This document shows, one piece after another, positions 1-9,866 of a stretch of 64,000 nt of DNA (the first letter of the stretch is position 1; the number at the start of each line of letters is the position of its first letter). This stretch comes from an uncultured Planctomycetota bacterium. GTDB taxonomy: Bacteria > Planctomycetota > Planctomycetia > Gemmatales > Gemmataceae. The position numbers and the translations under genes were made by a program. Below the pieces are notes generated by a model. That model was not told the origin of the DNA. It made no database searches and was given only the letters and a program-made list of their open reading frames with translations. The DNA lies in assembly GCA_963849325.1 (NCBI GenBank), contig CAWKHF010000006.1, positions 782,285-846,284 of the forward strand. Direction: 5' to 3'.

Positions 1-389
1 GGACACTGCAACGACTGCACGCCGAACGAGCCGGCTTCCGATCCGTGGGTCAATGGCTGGCCGAGAACACCTGTCCCGGCGACTTCATTGAGGATCCCTT
101 TTGCTGGAGCTATTACTATGCCGGCCGTGTCTTCCTGGAGGGAGCGACCGGCCTTGCGGCCCAGCAACCGCCGTGTTTCTACGTGGTGCTGGAGCAGTCG
201 AAGAACCGCCATCCGCACCTGGTCTCCCTGTACATGGCGGTCGTCCACACGCTGCAACAGAAGGGATCGGAGATCATCCATCAGCGCGAAGTGCTGCGCG
301 GCAAGGACAAGGTCCAAATCCTCGTGTGGAAGGTGCCGGGTCCGTATCAATGGGCGCCGCTACCGGCCCTGCCGAGTCAAAGTCGTTGA
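1..389 (+). CDS. C-terminal part of a hypothetical protein (5' truncated by window)
   Basis: Open frame from the window start (..RLHAERAGFRSVGQWLAENT..) to a stop at 389, with high-GC codon usage. Confidence 0.6.
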   Translation, partial: TLQRLHAERAGFRSVGQWLAENTCPGDFIEDPFCWSYYYAGRVFLEGATGLAAQQPPCFYVVLEQSKNRHPHLVSLYMAVVHTLQQKGSEIIHQREVLRGKDKVQILVWKVPGPYQWAPLPALPSQSR

Positions 390-467
390 TCGGCGACGGT
401 TGCCATTCGGTGCATCGACAATCTCATTCGGTTCCGGGAAGCCCTTCGCCGTCGTGTTCTTCCGGCG

Positions 468-797
468 TTATTCACTCAACGCCTCAACCAGCGCCCTCAA
501 TTTTTTCATGCCGCCGACCTCGTTGGCCCAGGATTTGATCTTCAAGATCGTGGACAACGCATCGGCATTGCCGGTGCCGGTGGATGCGGCGAACTTGGCG
601 ACCATCTTTCGGGCCTTGTTCCGGTGAGCCTGCCTGCCCAGCATTTTTCCCTTCACGAGATAGTACAGCTTCTCACTCACCTTGATGCCTTTGGCTCCCA
701 AGGTGGAACAGACCTCTTTGGCAGTGATCTTCGGGTTCGCCTTCAGCAGTTGCCGGATTTCTTCACTCTTGTTGACGCCGTTTTTCTGCTTGGCCAT
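468..797 (-). CDS. Small basic hypothetical protein, possibly DNA-binding
   Basis: MAKQKNGVNKSEEIRQLLKANPKITAKEV; Lys-rich, GGAG-like RBS upstream. Confidence 0.7.
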   Translation of the reverse strand: MAKQKNGVNKSEEIRQLLKANPKITAKEVCSTLGAKGIKVSEKLYYLVKGKMLGRQAHRNKARKMVAKFAASTGTGNADALSTILKIKSWANEVGGMKKLRALVEALSE

Positions 798-911
798 GAA
801 ACGCACTCCCGTAAAGGTAAAAGAATCCTCTCTGTGCAGTTTGTAGGATTGTTCTTGGTGTAGTCAACAGCCGAACTGGGGAAACCCTTCCCTCCGGAAA
901 GTAGCGGATGT

Positions 912-1265
912 TCAGAGCATTTCCCTGAAACGAATGCGTCGAAACTCAAAGCGGCCATATTCGGACTGAAGCCCCATCGCGCCGGTTGCCGGAACCTTCA
1001 TGGGCTTGCCGATGAGTTCTCCATTGCACTTGCAGATGGCCTCGGTCCCCTTCACGGTAATTTCGATCTCGTTCCAGTCGCCCGGCTTGAACTTGTTGAG
1101 CTTCTTGAAAACGCCGGTCCGTCCACCCTCGGTCACGGCATCCAGTTGCAGTTGCGGCCCTCGAATGGAAATGCCGCTGTTGTTCTTGGGCTTGTCCGTG
1201 GTGGTGCGGAACTCCAGCCTGAACGGAAAGTCCTTGTTGTACTCCTTGGCGGTGTACAGGGCCAT
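912..1265 (-). pseudogene. C-terminal fragment of a DUF1080 (3-keto-disaccharide hydrolase) domain protein
   Basis: NNSGISIRG, GDWNEIEITVKG, CNGE, GAMGLQSE, FRRIR motifs; N-terminus missing. Confidence 0.6.
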
Positions 1266-1416
1266 GAAAGGAGTGGTCGGCCGTGAAGATTTTCGTCTGC
1301 GCTTTCGGCAGACACAAGCCAGGGCGGCGGAGCATGAGAACGGCGGTAGCTGCTGCCGCTTCGGTGCCTTTCTCGTTGACCTCCACAAACGCCTTGTGGA
1401 CGACCTCGGAAATCTG
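1266..1416 (-). pseudogene. Serpin reactive-centre-loop fragment
   Basis: QISEVVHKAFVEVNEKGTEAAAATAV...FTADH(P)F is the serpin hinge/RCL signature; no upstream serpin body. Confidence 0.7.
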
Positions 1417-1548
1417 GCGCTGCCGATGAGGGAGGTCAGAAGGAGCCACGGAGAGAACAGAGAACCGAGACCCTTGCCTATCCTCCCCGCTGCGGCGACA
1501 ATGCCGGCAGTTCTCGCCCCGGACCTTCACGCATAAGGAGAACCCGCC

Positions 1549-2142
1549 ATGCGTCCGCTCGCACGTCTCTTCCTCGCTGGCCCGATCGTGGCCCTGGTGT
1601 CCCTCGCCAGTCCGTTTCCGCTCGCCGCCCGCGACGACACGCCGAAAGTCCAGGTCGGACAGCCGGCCCCGCCCATCGAGCTGCCCGCCACCCAAATTCA
1701 GAAGTATTTCCCGGAGGCCAAGGACAAGAAGACGCTCAAGCTCGCCGACTTCTCAAGAGGTATAAATGCAAAGAACGTCGTCCTCTTCTTCTATCCCAAG
1801 GCCATGACCCCCGGCTGCACGCGCGAATCCTGCAAGTTCCGCGATCTGAACAAGGAGTTCGCCAAGCTCGACACCGTGGTCCTCGGCATCAGCACCGACA
1901 AGCTGGAGGCGCAAAAACAGTTCACGGAGAAGGAAAGTCTCAATTTCCCGCTGTTCGCCGACGCCGACAAGAAGATCGCCAAGGCCTACGGCGTCCTCAA
2001 CTCGGAACGCGGCTTCGCCAAGCGGGCCACCTTCGTCATCGACAAGAAGGGCATCGTCCGCAAGATTTATCCGGCGGCCAACGCGGACAAGAACCCCGAG
2101 GAGGTGCTGACCTGGATCAAGGAAAACCTCAAGGAGAAATGA
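1549..2142 (+). CDS. bcp: Peroxiredoxin (BCP/PrxQ) with N-terminal signal peptide
   Basis: FFYPKAMTPGCTRESC, LGISTD, RATFVIDKKG. Confidence 0.9.
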   Translation: MRPLARLFLAGPIVALVSLASPFPLAARDDTPKVQVGQPAPPIELPATQIQKYFPEAKDKKTLKLADFSRGINAKNVVLFFYPKAMTPGCTRESCKFRDLNKEFAKLDTVVLGISTDKLEAQKQFTEKESLNFPLFADADKKIAKAYGVLNSERGFAKRATFVIDKKGIVRKIYPAANADKNPEEVLTWIKENLKEK

Positions 2143-2168
2143 GCAAGGCTTGAACGGCGACCGTTGAC

Positions 2169-2245
2169 TGTCCGAGCCTGAAGCGTAAGCGAAGAGACGG
2201 CAACCGAAGGTTGCCGTCTCTTCGCTTACGCTTCAGGCTCGGACA
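2169..2245. repeat. Palindromic REP-like repeat, family A (TCCGAGCC(G/T)GAAGCGTAAGCGAAG...CTTCGCTTACGCTTC(C/A)GGCTCGGA)
   Basis: Long perfect inverted repeat between convergent genes; recurs at 8637, 28405, 33177 and 49494. Confidence 0.9.
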
Positions 2246-2252
2246 AGTCGGC

Positions 2253-4436
2253 TCAGAACGGCAGCGTCATATCGAACTGGAACACGGCCATCTCATACTC
2301 GAACTCGGCGAACATCAGGTTGGCGAAGGCGTTCAACCGTCCCGTCGGCGACGCGAAGGCGGACAGCGCGAAGACGTATTGCGACGTCAGCAGGTTGGTC
2401 AGGGCGTTCTCCATGGTGTTGAACTGCACGTTGACGGTGCTGGTATCGGCCTGATACATGGGAATGAGCGGCGGGATGGCCGGCTTGCCGGCCACGTTCA
2501 CGCCCGTCTGCACCGTGACCGAGGCGCCGCCGACGTCCGTGATGACCACCCGCACGACAAAGCTGCCGCTGGTGGCGTAGCTGAACGGGTTGCTGCCGTA
2601 GACGCCGAAGGTGTTGTTGCCCAGCGCCACGATGGTGCCGGTGGAGCTGCCGAACGCTCCGCCCGCCTGCTCGAAGAAGACCGTCGCCGTGTAGTTGCTC
2701 GGACTTTCCGGCGTCGTATCGGTGTCCTGGAAGGTCGCCACCAGGGCGTTGGCCAGGAACGATCCCGTCGCGGAGGTAAGGGGAGGCTGCGGCGAGGCGA
2801 CCAACGGTGCGTCGGCCACGTTGATCGGGCCGCTGACCGTGCGCGATTTGCCTTGCCCCGGCTGGGATACGTTGACGGTGAGCGTGTAATTGCCCTCTTC
2901 CGAGTAGGTGTGACTGCCCAGGACCGTGTAGTTTTCCCCTCCGGAATTCACGACCGTACCGGCGGAACTGCTGCCATCGCCCCAGTAGATGGTGGCCGCG
3001 TAAGTGCCCGTGGCGTTGCTCTGGCCGTGGAAGACCGCCACGGGCACGTTCGTCAAGGGCTGTCCTTCCGTGGCGTTGTGCAGCGTGATCGAGACGTTCA
3101 GGCCGATCAGGTCGGGGATGAGCAGGTTGGCGGCCGGACTGCCCAGCCCGGTGACTTCATCGTAGCCCGGACCAGCCGAGAAGGCGCCGTTGTTGCCCGT
3201 GGTGATGTCGTGGAAATCGCCGGGGTTCGATTGATACAGTTCGTAGAGGTCGGGGAGGGTCTGGGTGGCGCCATCCAGGGTGGTTCCCCCATTCTGAACC
3301 AAACCCTCGTCGGCGATGGAGATGAGGGCAGCCCAGCTGGGCGACGCCAGGCTCGTTCCGCCGATGATGTTCCAGGGCGTGGCGGCGCCGTTGGTGAAGG
3401 AGTCGTAAACCCACACACCGGTATTGGGATCGGCGAGGAAAGCGACGTCCGGGATCGTCCGCTTGCCGGTCTTCTGTACGCTCTCCTGGTAGGCCGGTTC
3501 GTTCTCGAACTGGCTGATGCCGCCGCCGCTGCCGCCCAGCGTTGAACTCTGCGCACCGTTCCCCCAGCCCGTTTCGCTTTTGTAGGTGTTGTTGGGGTTG
3601 AGCGTCAGGGCCGTGCCGCCGACCGCGATGACATTGGGAGAGTAGGCCGGGTAGCCTCCGGGAGAGCCGTTATCGCCGGTCGAGGCCAGGAACGTCACGG
3701 GGTTGTGGCCAGGCGGTGTCTGGAACGTCGTATCACTACCTTGTTCCCCGGCGAATTCGTTGCCGCCAAAGCTCATGGACACCACGGACACGCCGGGGGT
3801 GCCGGCGGCGGTGGCGACGGCCGCGTACAGATTGGCGTTGCTGGCGTCGTTGGCCTCGAAGAGGATGATGTTGGCTCCGGGGGCGAGAGAGTGCGCCCAT
3901 TCCACATCCAGAGCCTCCTCCCCTTCCCAACCTTTGGCCGGATCGGGGCCGGGCAGCGCACCCGTGCCGGTCTGACCCAGCTTGAGGAAACTGGGCGGAT
4001 CGGGCAGGCCGTACTGCACGTCAAATTGGTGCAGGTCGCTGGTGTTGAAGGCGGGGTTGGTGCTGTCGAGCAAGTTGGGATCGTCGTAGGCATCCACGAG
4101 GGCGATGGTCTGGCCGGCGCCGTCGCCGATAATGCCGAAGAGTTGGTCGATCCCGTAGGCCGTTTGCACCTGCTGGGGACTGAAGCCCACCGGCCCCGTC
4201 GGGGTCGGGAACTGAAAGGGCTGATTGCCCGACGGGTGATAGACCACGTAGTCCGGGGTAGCGACCGACGGATCCACGCTCGGCAGCGTCGCGCTCAGCA
4301 GGGTCCGGTCCTCCAGCGCTTCCAACCTCAGGCGCGGAGGGCGATAGGATCCGCGCCTTGGCCGGGGAAGCCGCCGGGGCTGTCGAGACGAGGGGAACGT
4401 CCGCTGGAGCCAATTTCGCCAGAAAAGAATAAACAT
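2253..4436 (-). CDS. S53 (sedolisin/kumamolisin-like) peptidase with planctomycete N-terminal motif and C-terminal PKD/Ig-like repeats
   Basis: EEALDVEWAH, STGDNG, GGTSLASP, DITTGNNG, YDEVTGLGSP; RLRLEALEDRTLLS; ATIYWGDGS..HTYSEEG. Confidence 0.88.
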   Translation of the reverse strand: MFILFWRNWLQRTFPSSRQPRRLPRPRRGSYRPPRLRLEALEDRTLLSATLPSVDPSVATPDYVVYHPSGNQPFQFPTPTGPVGFSPQQVQTAYGIDQLFGIIGDGAGQTIALVDAYDDPNLLDSTNPAFNTSDLHQFDVQYGLPDPPSFLKLGQTGTGALPGPDPAKGWEGEEALDVEWAHSLAPGANIILFEANDASNANLYAAVATAAGTPGVSVVSMSFGGNEFAGEQGSDTTFQTPPGHNPVTFLASTGDNGSPGGYPAYSPNVIAVGGTALTLNPNNTYKSETGWGNGAQSSTLGGSGGGISQFENEPAYQESVQKTGKRTIPDVAFLADPNTGVWVYDSFTNGAATPWNIIGGTSLASPSWAALISIADEGLVQNGGTTLDGATQTLPDLYELYQSNPGDFHDITTGNNGAFSAGPGYDEVTGLGSPAANLLIPDLIGLNVSITLHNATEGQPLTNVPVAVFHGQSNATGTYAATIYWGDGSSSAGTVVNSGGENYTVLGSHTYSEEGNYTLTVNVSQPGQGKSRTVSGPINVADAPLVASPQPPLTSATGSFLANALVATFQDTDTTPESPSNYTATVFFEQAGGAFGSSTGTIVALGNNTFGVYGSNPFSYATSGSFVVRVVITDVGGASVTVQTGVNVAGKPAIPPLIPMYQADTSTVNVQFNTMENALTNLLTSQYVFALSAFASPTGRLNAFANLMFAEFEYEMAVFQFDMTLPF

Positions 4437-4963
4437 AGGTGCAATCGCTTCGCTGCGGGGCCATCATCGGGTCGATGCGATGGGTGCGACGCCGCACTCG
4501 ATCGGGATGCGCGATGGCCCGCGTCGGCCATCGGCGTCAAGTCTATCGCATGGGTGAGGGAACCGTATAGCAGAACAGAGAGACTTCCTGCTCACTCGGG
4601 GTCCGGAAGCGCTGCCCGGACGGAACAATCTACGCGGGTGCTATTCCCGGCAGAAAAAGCAGTGTGGTTCGCCCCTTCCTTCTCTCCGATGATGATGGAA
4701 GGTTTCGCGGAGGTTGTCAAGCAGTTCCTGGCGGAAAACAAGCCGTCGGCGCATTGAAGCGGGAGAATGAGTTGGCTGGGAAATTTGGGCAGATCGTGCG
4801 GCATGGAAGGACAGCATGGGCGGAGCGCGTTTCAACGGTTTTCCCTGAACTTCGCCGTCTAGGGATTCCGATGGCTTTATGGAAGAGGGGAGTCCGCCTC
4901 GCCGCGAGGCCGCACCGATGACGTCCGAGGCGATGGATCACGCCGGGCACAAGGCAGGTCGCG

Positions 4964-6164
4964 ATGAGAAGAAAATTTCTGACCGCCCTTCTGGCCGGAC
5001 TGGCCCTGGCCGGCCCGGTCTGGGCGGACGAGGAGCCGGACAGCACCATGCGCGTCTGGCTGGACGCCGACTACTTGCTGTGGGCGATCAAGAACTTTCC
5101 CGTCTCGCAACCGCTCGTGACGACCGCCACGGGACTGGCCACCACGGCCAACGAGGGCGCCCTCGGCACTTCGACCACGCGGGTCCTCGCCGGCGACGAC
5201 AACATCAACCAGGGGTTTTTCAGTGGCTACCGCTTCAGCGCCGGTTGGATCAACTTACCCGGCACCTTCGGCCTGGAGGGCAACTTCTTCAACCTGACGC
5301 AACATGCCACGGCGGACAGCTTCGCCTCCGGCGCCACCGGCTCGCCGCTGCTGTCGCGGCCGCTCTTCGAACGTCCGCAGCCAGACGCAGACGGTGCAGT
5401 TGGTATCGGCCCCCAACGCCTTCGCCGGTTCGGTCACGATCGGCACCTCCTCCGAGCTGTGGGGCGCCGACGTCAACGCCCTGTGGCCGGTGCTGCGCGG
5501 TGGCAGCGATGACGATGTCGTTCGCTATTTCAGCTTGCTGGCGGGCGGCCGTTACCTCAACCTGCGCGAGGACCTGACCGTCGGCCAGTCCGGCAATGTC
5601 CTGGGCACCGGCATCGCCTTCTTCGACGGCCAACCCCTGACCGCCGGCGGCAGCCTGCTCATCACCGACGATTTCCACACGCTCAATCAGTTCTACGGCG
5701 GACAGGTTGGCGCCCAGGCCGGCCTGGTGTGGTGGCGCTTCACCCTCCGCGCCACCGGCAAGATCGCGCTGGGTTCGATGCGCGAAGAAGCGATCGTGTC
5801 CGGCAGTACGTCGGCGACCAGTCCCTTGATCGGTTCGCAGACGGTCAACGGCGGCGTGCTCGCCGCGCCGAGCAACATCGGCACCTACGCGCGTGGCGTA
5901 CTGGCCTTTCTGCCGGAGGGCAATCTGAATTGCAGCCTGGAGATCACGCCGCAGATCCGCTTGACGCTCGGCTACACGTTTCTGTACGTCAGCAATGTGG
6001 CCCGGCCCGGCGAGCTGATCGACCTCGGCGTCAATCGCACCAACTTGCCGTCGTCGCAGACGTTCAACCCCGCCGCTGGCGGCCCGCAGCGACCCGGCTT
6101 CTCCTTTCAGGGCACCGATTTCTGGGCCCAGGGCATCAACGCCGGCATCTGGCTGCGCTTCTAA
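4964..6164 (+). CDS. BBP7-family outer-membrane beta-barrel protein (frameshift near 5370)
   Basis: Signal peptide, WLDADYLLW, HTLNQFYGGQVG, LGYTFLYVSNVARPG, C-terminal DFWAQGINAGIWLRF. Confidence 0.8.
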
Positions 6165-6171
6165 TCCATAA

Positions 6172-6264
6172 TCTATCGAAATACTCGTTTAGCCGCGACG
6201 CGCAGCGGAGCGCGGGCTGCCCGCGCTCCGCTGCGCGTCGCGGCTAAACGAGTATTTCGATAGA
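6172..6264. repeat. Palindromic repeat, family B (GTTTAGCCGCGACGCGCAGCGGAGCG...CGCTCCGCTGCGCGTCGCGGCTAAAC)
   Basis: Perfect inverted repeat; recurs at 29307, 30955 and 54196. Confidence 0.9.
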
Positions 6265-6289
6265 ACAAGATAACCGCTAAAATAGCGGC

Positions 6290-6715
6290 ATGGACAACTA
6301 CGATCCGCGTTACCTGGCCGGCATTCGCTTCTTCAACGAGCAGGACTTTTTTGAGGCCCACGAAGTCTGGGAAGACCTGTGGTCCGAGAGCCACGGCGCC
6401 GAGCGTCGCTTCTACCAGGGCTTGATCCAGGCGGCCGTCGGTCTGTTCCATTTCGGCGGCGGCAACCTCGGCGGGGCGGTGAAGTTATACCGATCCAGCT
6501 ACGACTACATGAAAGGCTGCGGATCGCCGTTTCTCGGTCTGGACGTCGAGGACTTCTGGCGGCAGATGGGACAGTGTTTCGAGCCGCTGTTGAGCACATC
6601 CGCGCCGGATCGGGACCTGCGACCGGCGCCGGAGCGGATGCCGGTCCTCACGCTCGACCCGCCGCCGTCGGCCTGGCCGGACCCCGCGGATTATGTCCAC
6701 GACGACGACGAATGA
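6290..6715 (+). CDS. DUF309 family protein
   Basis: GIRFFNEQDFFEAHEVWEDLW...YQGLIQAAV. Confidence 0.9.
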   Translation: MDNYDPRYLAGIRFFNEQDFFEAHEVWEDLWSESHGAERRFYQGLIQAAVGLFHFGGGNLGGAVKLYRSSYDYMKGCGSPFLGLDVEDFWRQMGQCFEPLLSTSAPDRDLRPAPERMPVLTLDPPPSAWPDPADYVHDDDE

Positions 6716-6737
6716 CGATGCGCAAAGGCGGCCCTCC

Positions 6738-7429
6738 ATGAGCGCGGAACCTTCTCTGCCGGCGAACTTCAGCGGTCGGGTTCGTCTGTTCCCCTTGCCG
6801 AACCTCGTCCTTTTCCCCGCCGCGGTGCAGCCGCTGCACATCTTCGAGCCGCGTTACCGCGAGCTGATGGCCGACGCCCTGGAGGATGACCGTCTCCTCG
6901 CCATGGCCGTGCTCCAACCCGGTTGGGAGCCGCACTACCACGATCGGCCGCCGATCTCTCCGATGGTCTGCGTCGGCCGAATCCTCCAGGAGGAACACCT
7001 GCCGGATGGGCGCTACAACCTGCTGCTCCACGGGCTGAGCCGGGCACGCGTTCTGGGAGAGCTGGAAACGGACAAATCGTATCGCATAGCTCAGGTAGCG
7101 GCGCTGGTGGATGTGCCGCCGGCCTCGCCCGCCGTGGAGCAAGAGCTGCGGCGGAAACTGACCGAGTGCCTGCACGCCTGGTTCGCCGCGCAGAGCGCCG
7201 ACCTCGATCCGCTGCGCAACTCCTGGAGAGCGGCCTGTCGCTGGGAACGCTGTGCGACATCTTCAGCTTCACCTTAGGCCTGGAGGTGGAGGTCAAACGG
7301 CAACTGCTCGAACAGGTCCACGTCGAGCGGCGCGCGCGGATGCTGCTGGACTACCTGGTCCCCCGACTGCCGACCCAATCGGCGCCGGAGACGCCTCGCC
7401 GCTTCCCGCCGGACTTCAGCGCCAACTGA
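6738..7429 (+). CDS. LON peptidase substrate-binding domain protein (frameshift near 7220)
   Basis: LFPLPNLVLFP..PLHIFEPRYR, GRYNLLLHG. Confidence 0.85.
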
Positions 7430-7553
7430 GCGCCCTCCTTTCGCCTCGTGCTTATCGGAGAAATTGCTTGCCGTGGGCTGATCCTGTGGCCATGATGGGG
7501 GCATGCACGCCGGCAGGACGGCTGCGACCTCTTCTCCCTGAAAGGAAACCACG

Positions 7554-8621
7554 ATGCCGGACCATGCGAACGCGAGTTGCCCCGAATGCGCCGACTCCTT
7601 CGAGGGTCGGGAGTCTTTCGATCGACGCGATTTCATCCGCGTCGTCGGCGGTCAAGCGGCCGCCCTGGCGGCCCTCGCCGGCGGCGCCGGCGCGGCCGGC
7701 CGTGTCTTCGCCGCCGAGGACGCCAAACTGAAGAAAGTCAAACGCCCGGTCAAGCCGGCCGAAGACCTGGTCCGCGAGCTGTACGCCAGCCTGTCGTCGG
7801 ACCAGAAGAAGGACGTCGTGCTGGCCTGGGACCACGGCTCCGAGGGCGGCAAGCGCCGGCCGACCCGCCTGCGCATGTTCAACGCCCCGATCGGCAAGCA
7901 GATCGCCAAGGTCTACACCAGGCCGCAGCAGGAGTTGATCGAGCGCATCCTGCGGGCGATCTGCTCGGACGAGGACGGCTATCGCCGCATCAGCCGTAAT
8001 GGCAACTTCGACACCAGCGGTTCGCTGGCCGGCTGCGGGGCCACGCTATTCGGCGAGCCGGACGGCGGCAAGAAATACGCCTGGGTGTTCACCGGCCATC
8101 ATCTGACGGTGCGCTGCGATGGCAACTCGGAACCGGGTGCCGCTTTCGGCGGGCCGATGTACTATGGGCACAGCCCCAACGGCTACAGCGAAAGAAACGT
8201 CTTCAACTACCAGACGAAGAGCGTGCTGAGCGTCTATACCGCCCTGTCCGAGGAGCAGCGCAAAAAGGCCGTCGTCACCGGCACTCCCGGCGAGGGCGAA
8301 TCGTCCATTCAGTTCAAGAAGAAGATCGAGGAGCAGCCGGGTATTCTTTACAAGGACTTGAAGGCGGACCAGCAACAGCTCGTCGAGAAGGTCATGCGCG
8401 ACATCCTCTCGCCATACCGCAAGGAAGATGTCGATGAGGTCATGGACATCATCAAGGCCAACGGCGGCATGGAGAAGATTCACCTGGCCTTCTACCCGGA
8501 TCGCCGCATGAACGACAACGAACCGTGGCACTTCTGGCGGCTGGAAGGGCCGGGCTTCGTGTGGAACTATCGCGTCCTGCCGCACGTTCACACCTACGTC
8601 AACATCTCCGCCAAGGTGTGA
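7554..8621 (+). CDS. DUF3500 domain protein with Tat-like signal
   Basis: DRRDFI Tat motif, FTGHHLT, WRLEGP, PHVH. Confidence 0.8.
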   Translation: MPDHANASCPECADSFEGRESFDRRDFIRVVGGQAAALAALAGGAGAAGRVFAAEDAKLKKVKRPVKPAEDLVRELYASLSSDQKKDVVLAWDHGSEGGKRRPTRLRMFNAPIGKQIAKVYTRPQQELIERILRAICSDEDGYRRISRNGNFDTSGSLAGCGATLFGEPDGGKKYAWVFTGHHLTVRCDGNSEPGAAFGGPMYYGHSPNGYSERNVFNYQTKSVLSVYTALSEEQRKKAVVTGTPGEGESSIQFKKKIEEQPGILYKDLKADQQQLVEKVMRDILSPYRKEDVDEVMDIIKANGGMEKIHLAFYPDRRMNDNEPWHFWRLEGPGFVWNYRVLPHVHTYVNISAKV

Positions 8622-8636
8622 GACACGGGCGTTGAT

Positions 8637-8698
8637 TGTCCGAGCCGGAAGGGTAAGCGAGAGTGGACTTTCCCTCGCTTACCCTTCCGGCTCGGACA
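8637..8698. repeat. Palindromic repeat, family A
   Basis: TGTCCGAGCCGGAAGGGTAAGCGAG...CTCGCTTACCCTTCCGGCTCGGACA, with compensatory changes in both arms. Confidence 0.85.
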
Positions 8699-8829
8699 GT
8701 TGGCAAGTGAGATGATTTGCGCGGGAGCGTCGATCGAGTGATAAGATAACGAGAAGAAGGTTCCGCTTGACGCAGGTCTCCTCGTCCCTTAGAAGCCCAC
8801 GGGGAATCGCCACTTTAGGAGGTTTCGCC

Positions 8830-9345
8830 ATGCCAACGCTGACGGCCCCGTCACTCGATCGACGGCTCTTGCAGACGGTGAAAGAAGAGGTCGAGGCCAA
8901 ATCCGTCCGCGACTGGCCCCCGGAATCGGTTGAGCTTTGCTTGGTCCTCTTGCGGCAAATCCGCGAGACGACCGCCGGTATGCTCCGGACCCTGGAGGAA
9001 GTCCTGGCGGGAGGCGTCGAGGCTCGCTCCTTCGTCCGCGATGGCGTTCCTCTCCTGGCCGCCGCGGAGGACCGCGTCGCGACCATTCGGGAGTTTCTCG
9101 AAAAGCTGTCCTCGTCGGAAGACGCCGCTTCCGCAAGACTCTTGGCCGTGTTGCACTCCTTGGAGGAGAAAGAAAAGGCTTTCCGCGGCCTTTTGGCCGA
9201 GGCGTTGGCCCGAGTCTCGGCGCCGTCCCCGTCGATGGATTGGGACCGTCTCAAGCGGGAAGCGGATGCCGACTTCGCCGATGGTCATATGGTGAGTTTT
9301 GCAACCACCGAGGAGATGTTCGAGGGGTTGGCAAATCCTGATTGA
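8830..9345 (+). CDS. Putative antitoxin / hypothetical protein
   Basis: AGGAGG RBS; acidic C-terminus READADFADGHMVSFATTEEMFEGL resembles antitoxin tails. Confidence 0.55.
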   Translation: MPTLTAPSLDRRLLQTVKEEVEAKSVRDWPPESVELCLVLLRQIRETTAGMLRTLEEVLAGGVEARSFVRDGVPLLAAAEDRVATIREFLEKLSSSEDAASARLLAVLHSLEEKEKAFRGLLAEALARVSAPSPSMDWDRLKREADADFADGHMVSFATTEEMFEGLANPD

Positions 9346-9359
9346 CCCGGAGGTTGGAT

Positions 9360-9645
9360 GTGCGTTACAGGCTCGAATTCCGCGCGTCCGTCCGCGATTA
9401 TCTCCGGCAGCTGCCTCTTACGCGCGAAGGTCGGAAGACTCCACGCGAATCTGATTCCGTTGACCGCTGAAGTCCCGGACTCCTTTCAGTCTGATCCGGC
9501 CAACCGACCCGATCCGTCTTCTCCCTTCTACCATTTCACCTATCACTTCCGGGACGGGGGCCGCTGGTGGAGGCTCTTTGTCGTCGTGGATGACTCAACA
9601 GCTGCCTACGGCGTCCTGCGCATTGTTTACGCCGACTGCCAGTAA
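9360..9645 (+). CDS. Putative RelE/ParE-like toxin (frameshift near 9435)
   Basis: GGAGG RBS then GTG: MRYRLEFRASVRDYLRQL..., continuing in another frame to GRWWRLFVVVDD..VLRIVY. Confidence 0.5.
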
Positions 9646-9665
9646 TGAGAAGCACAAGTGAGTGA

Positions 9666-9714
9666 GAAAGGTCATAGGGTCTTTTTCGCTCCGAAAAAGA
9701 CCCTATGACCTTTC
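9666..9714. terminator. Long perfect hairpin between convergent genes
   Basis: GAAAGGTCATAGGGTCTTTTTCG-ctc-CGAAAAAGACCCTATGACCTTTC. Confidence 0.6.
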
Positions 9715-9866
9715 CCTGCATTCAGACAAATCCCTCTTCTTCTTCTTCAGGGAGCTTAACCCGTCGCATTGTCTTTCAGGACAGTTCAGGCTCGACGCCT
9801 GCATGCTCCGTTTACTCGGTAGGGAACCTGGTGGCCTCCTCTAAGTCGTTGCGCAGGGTAGGTCGC

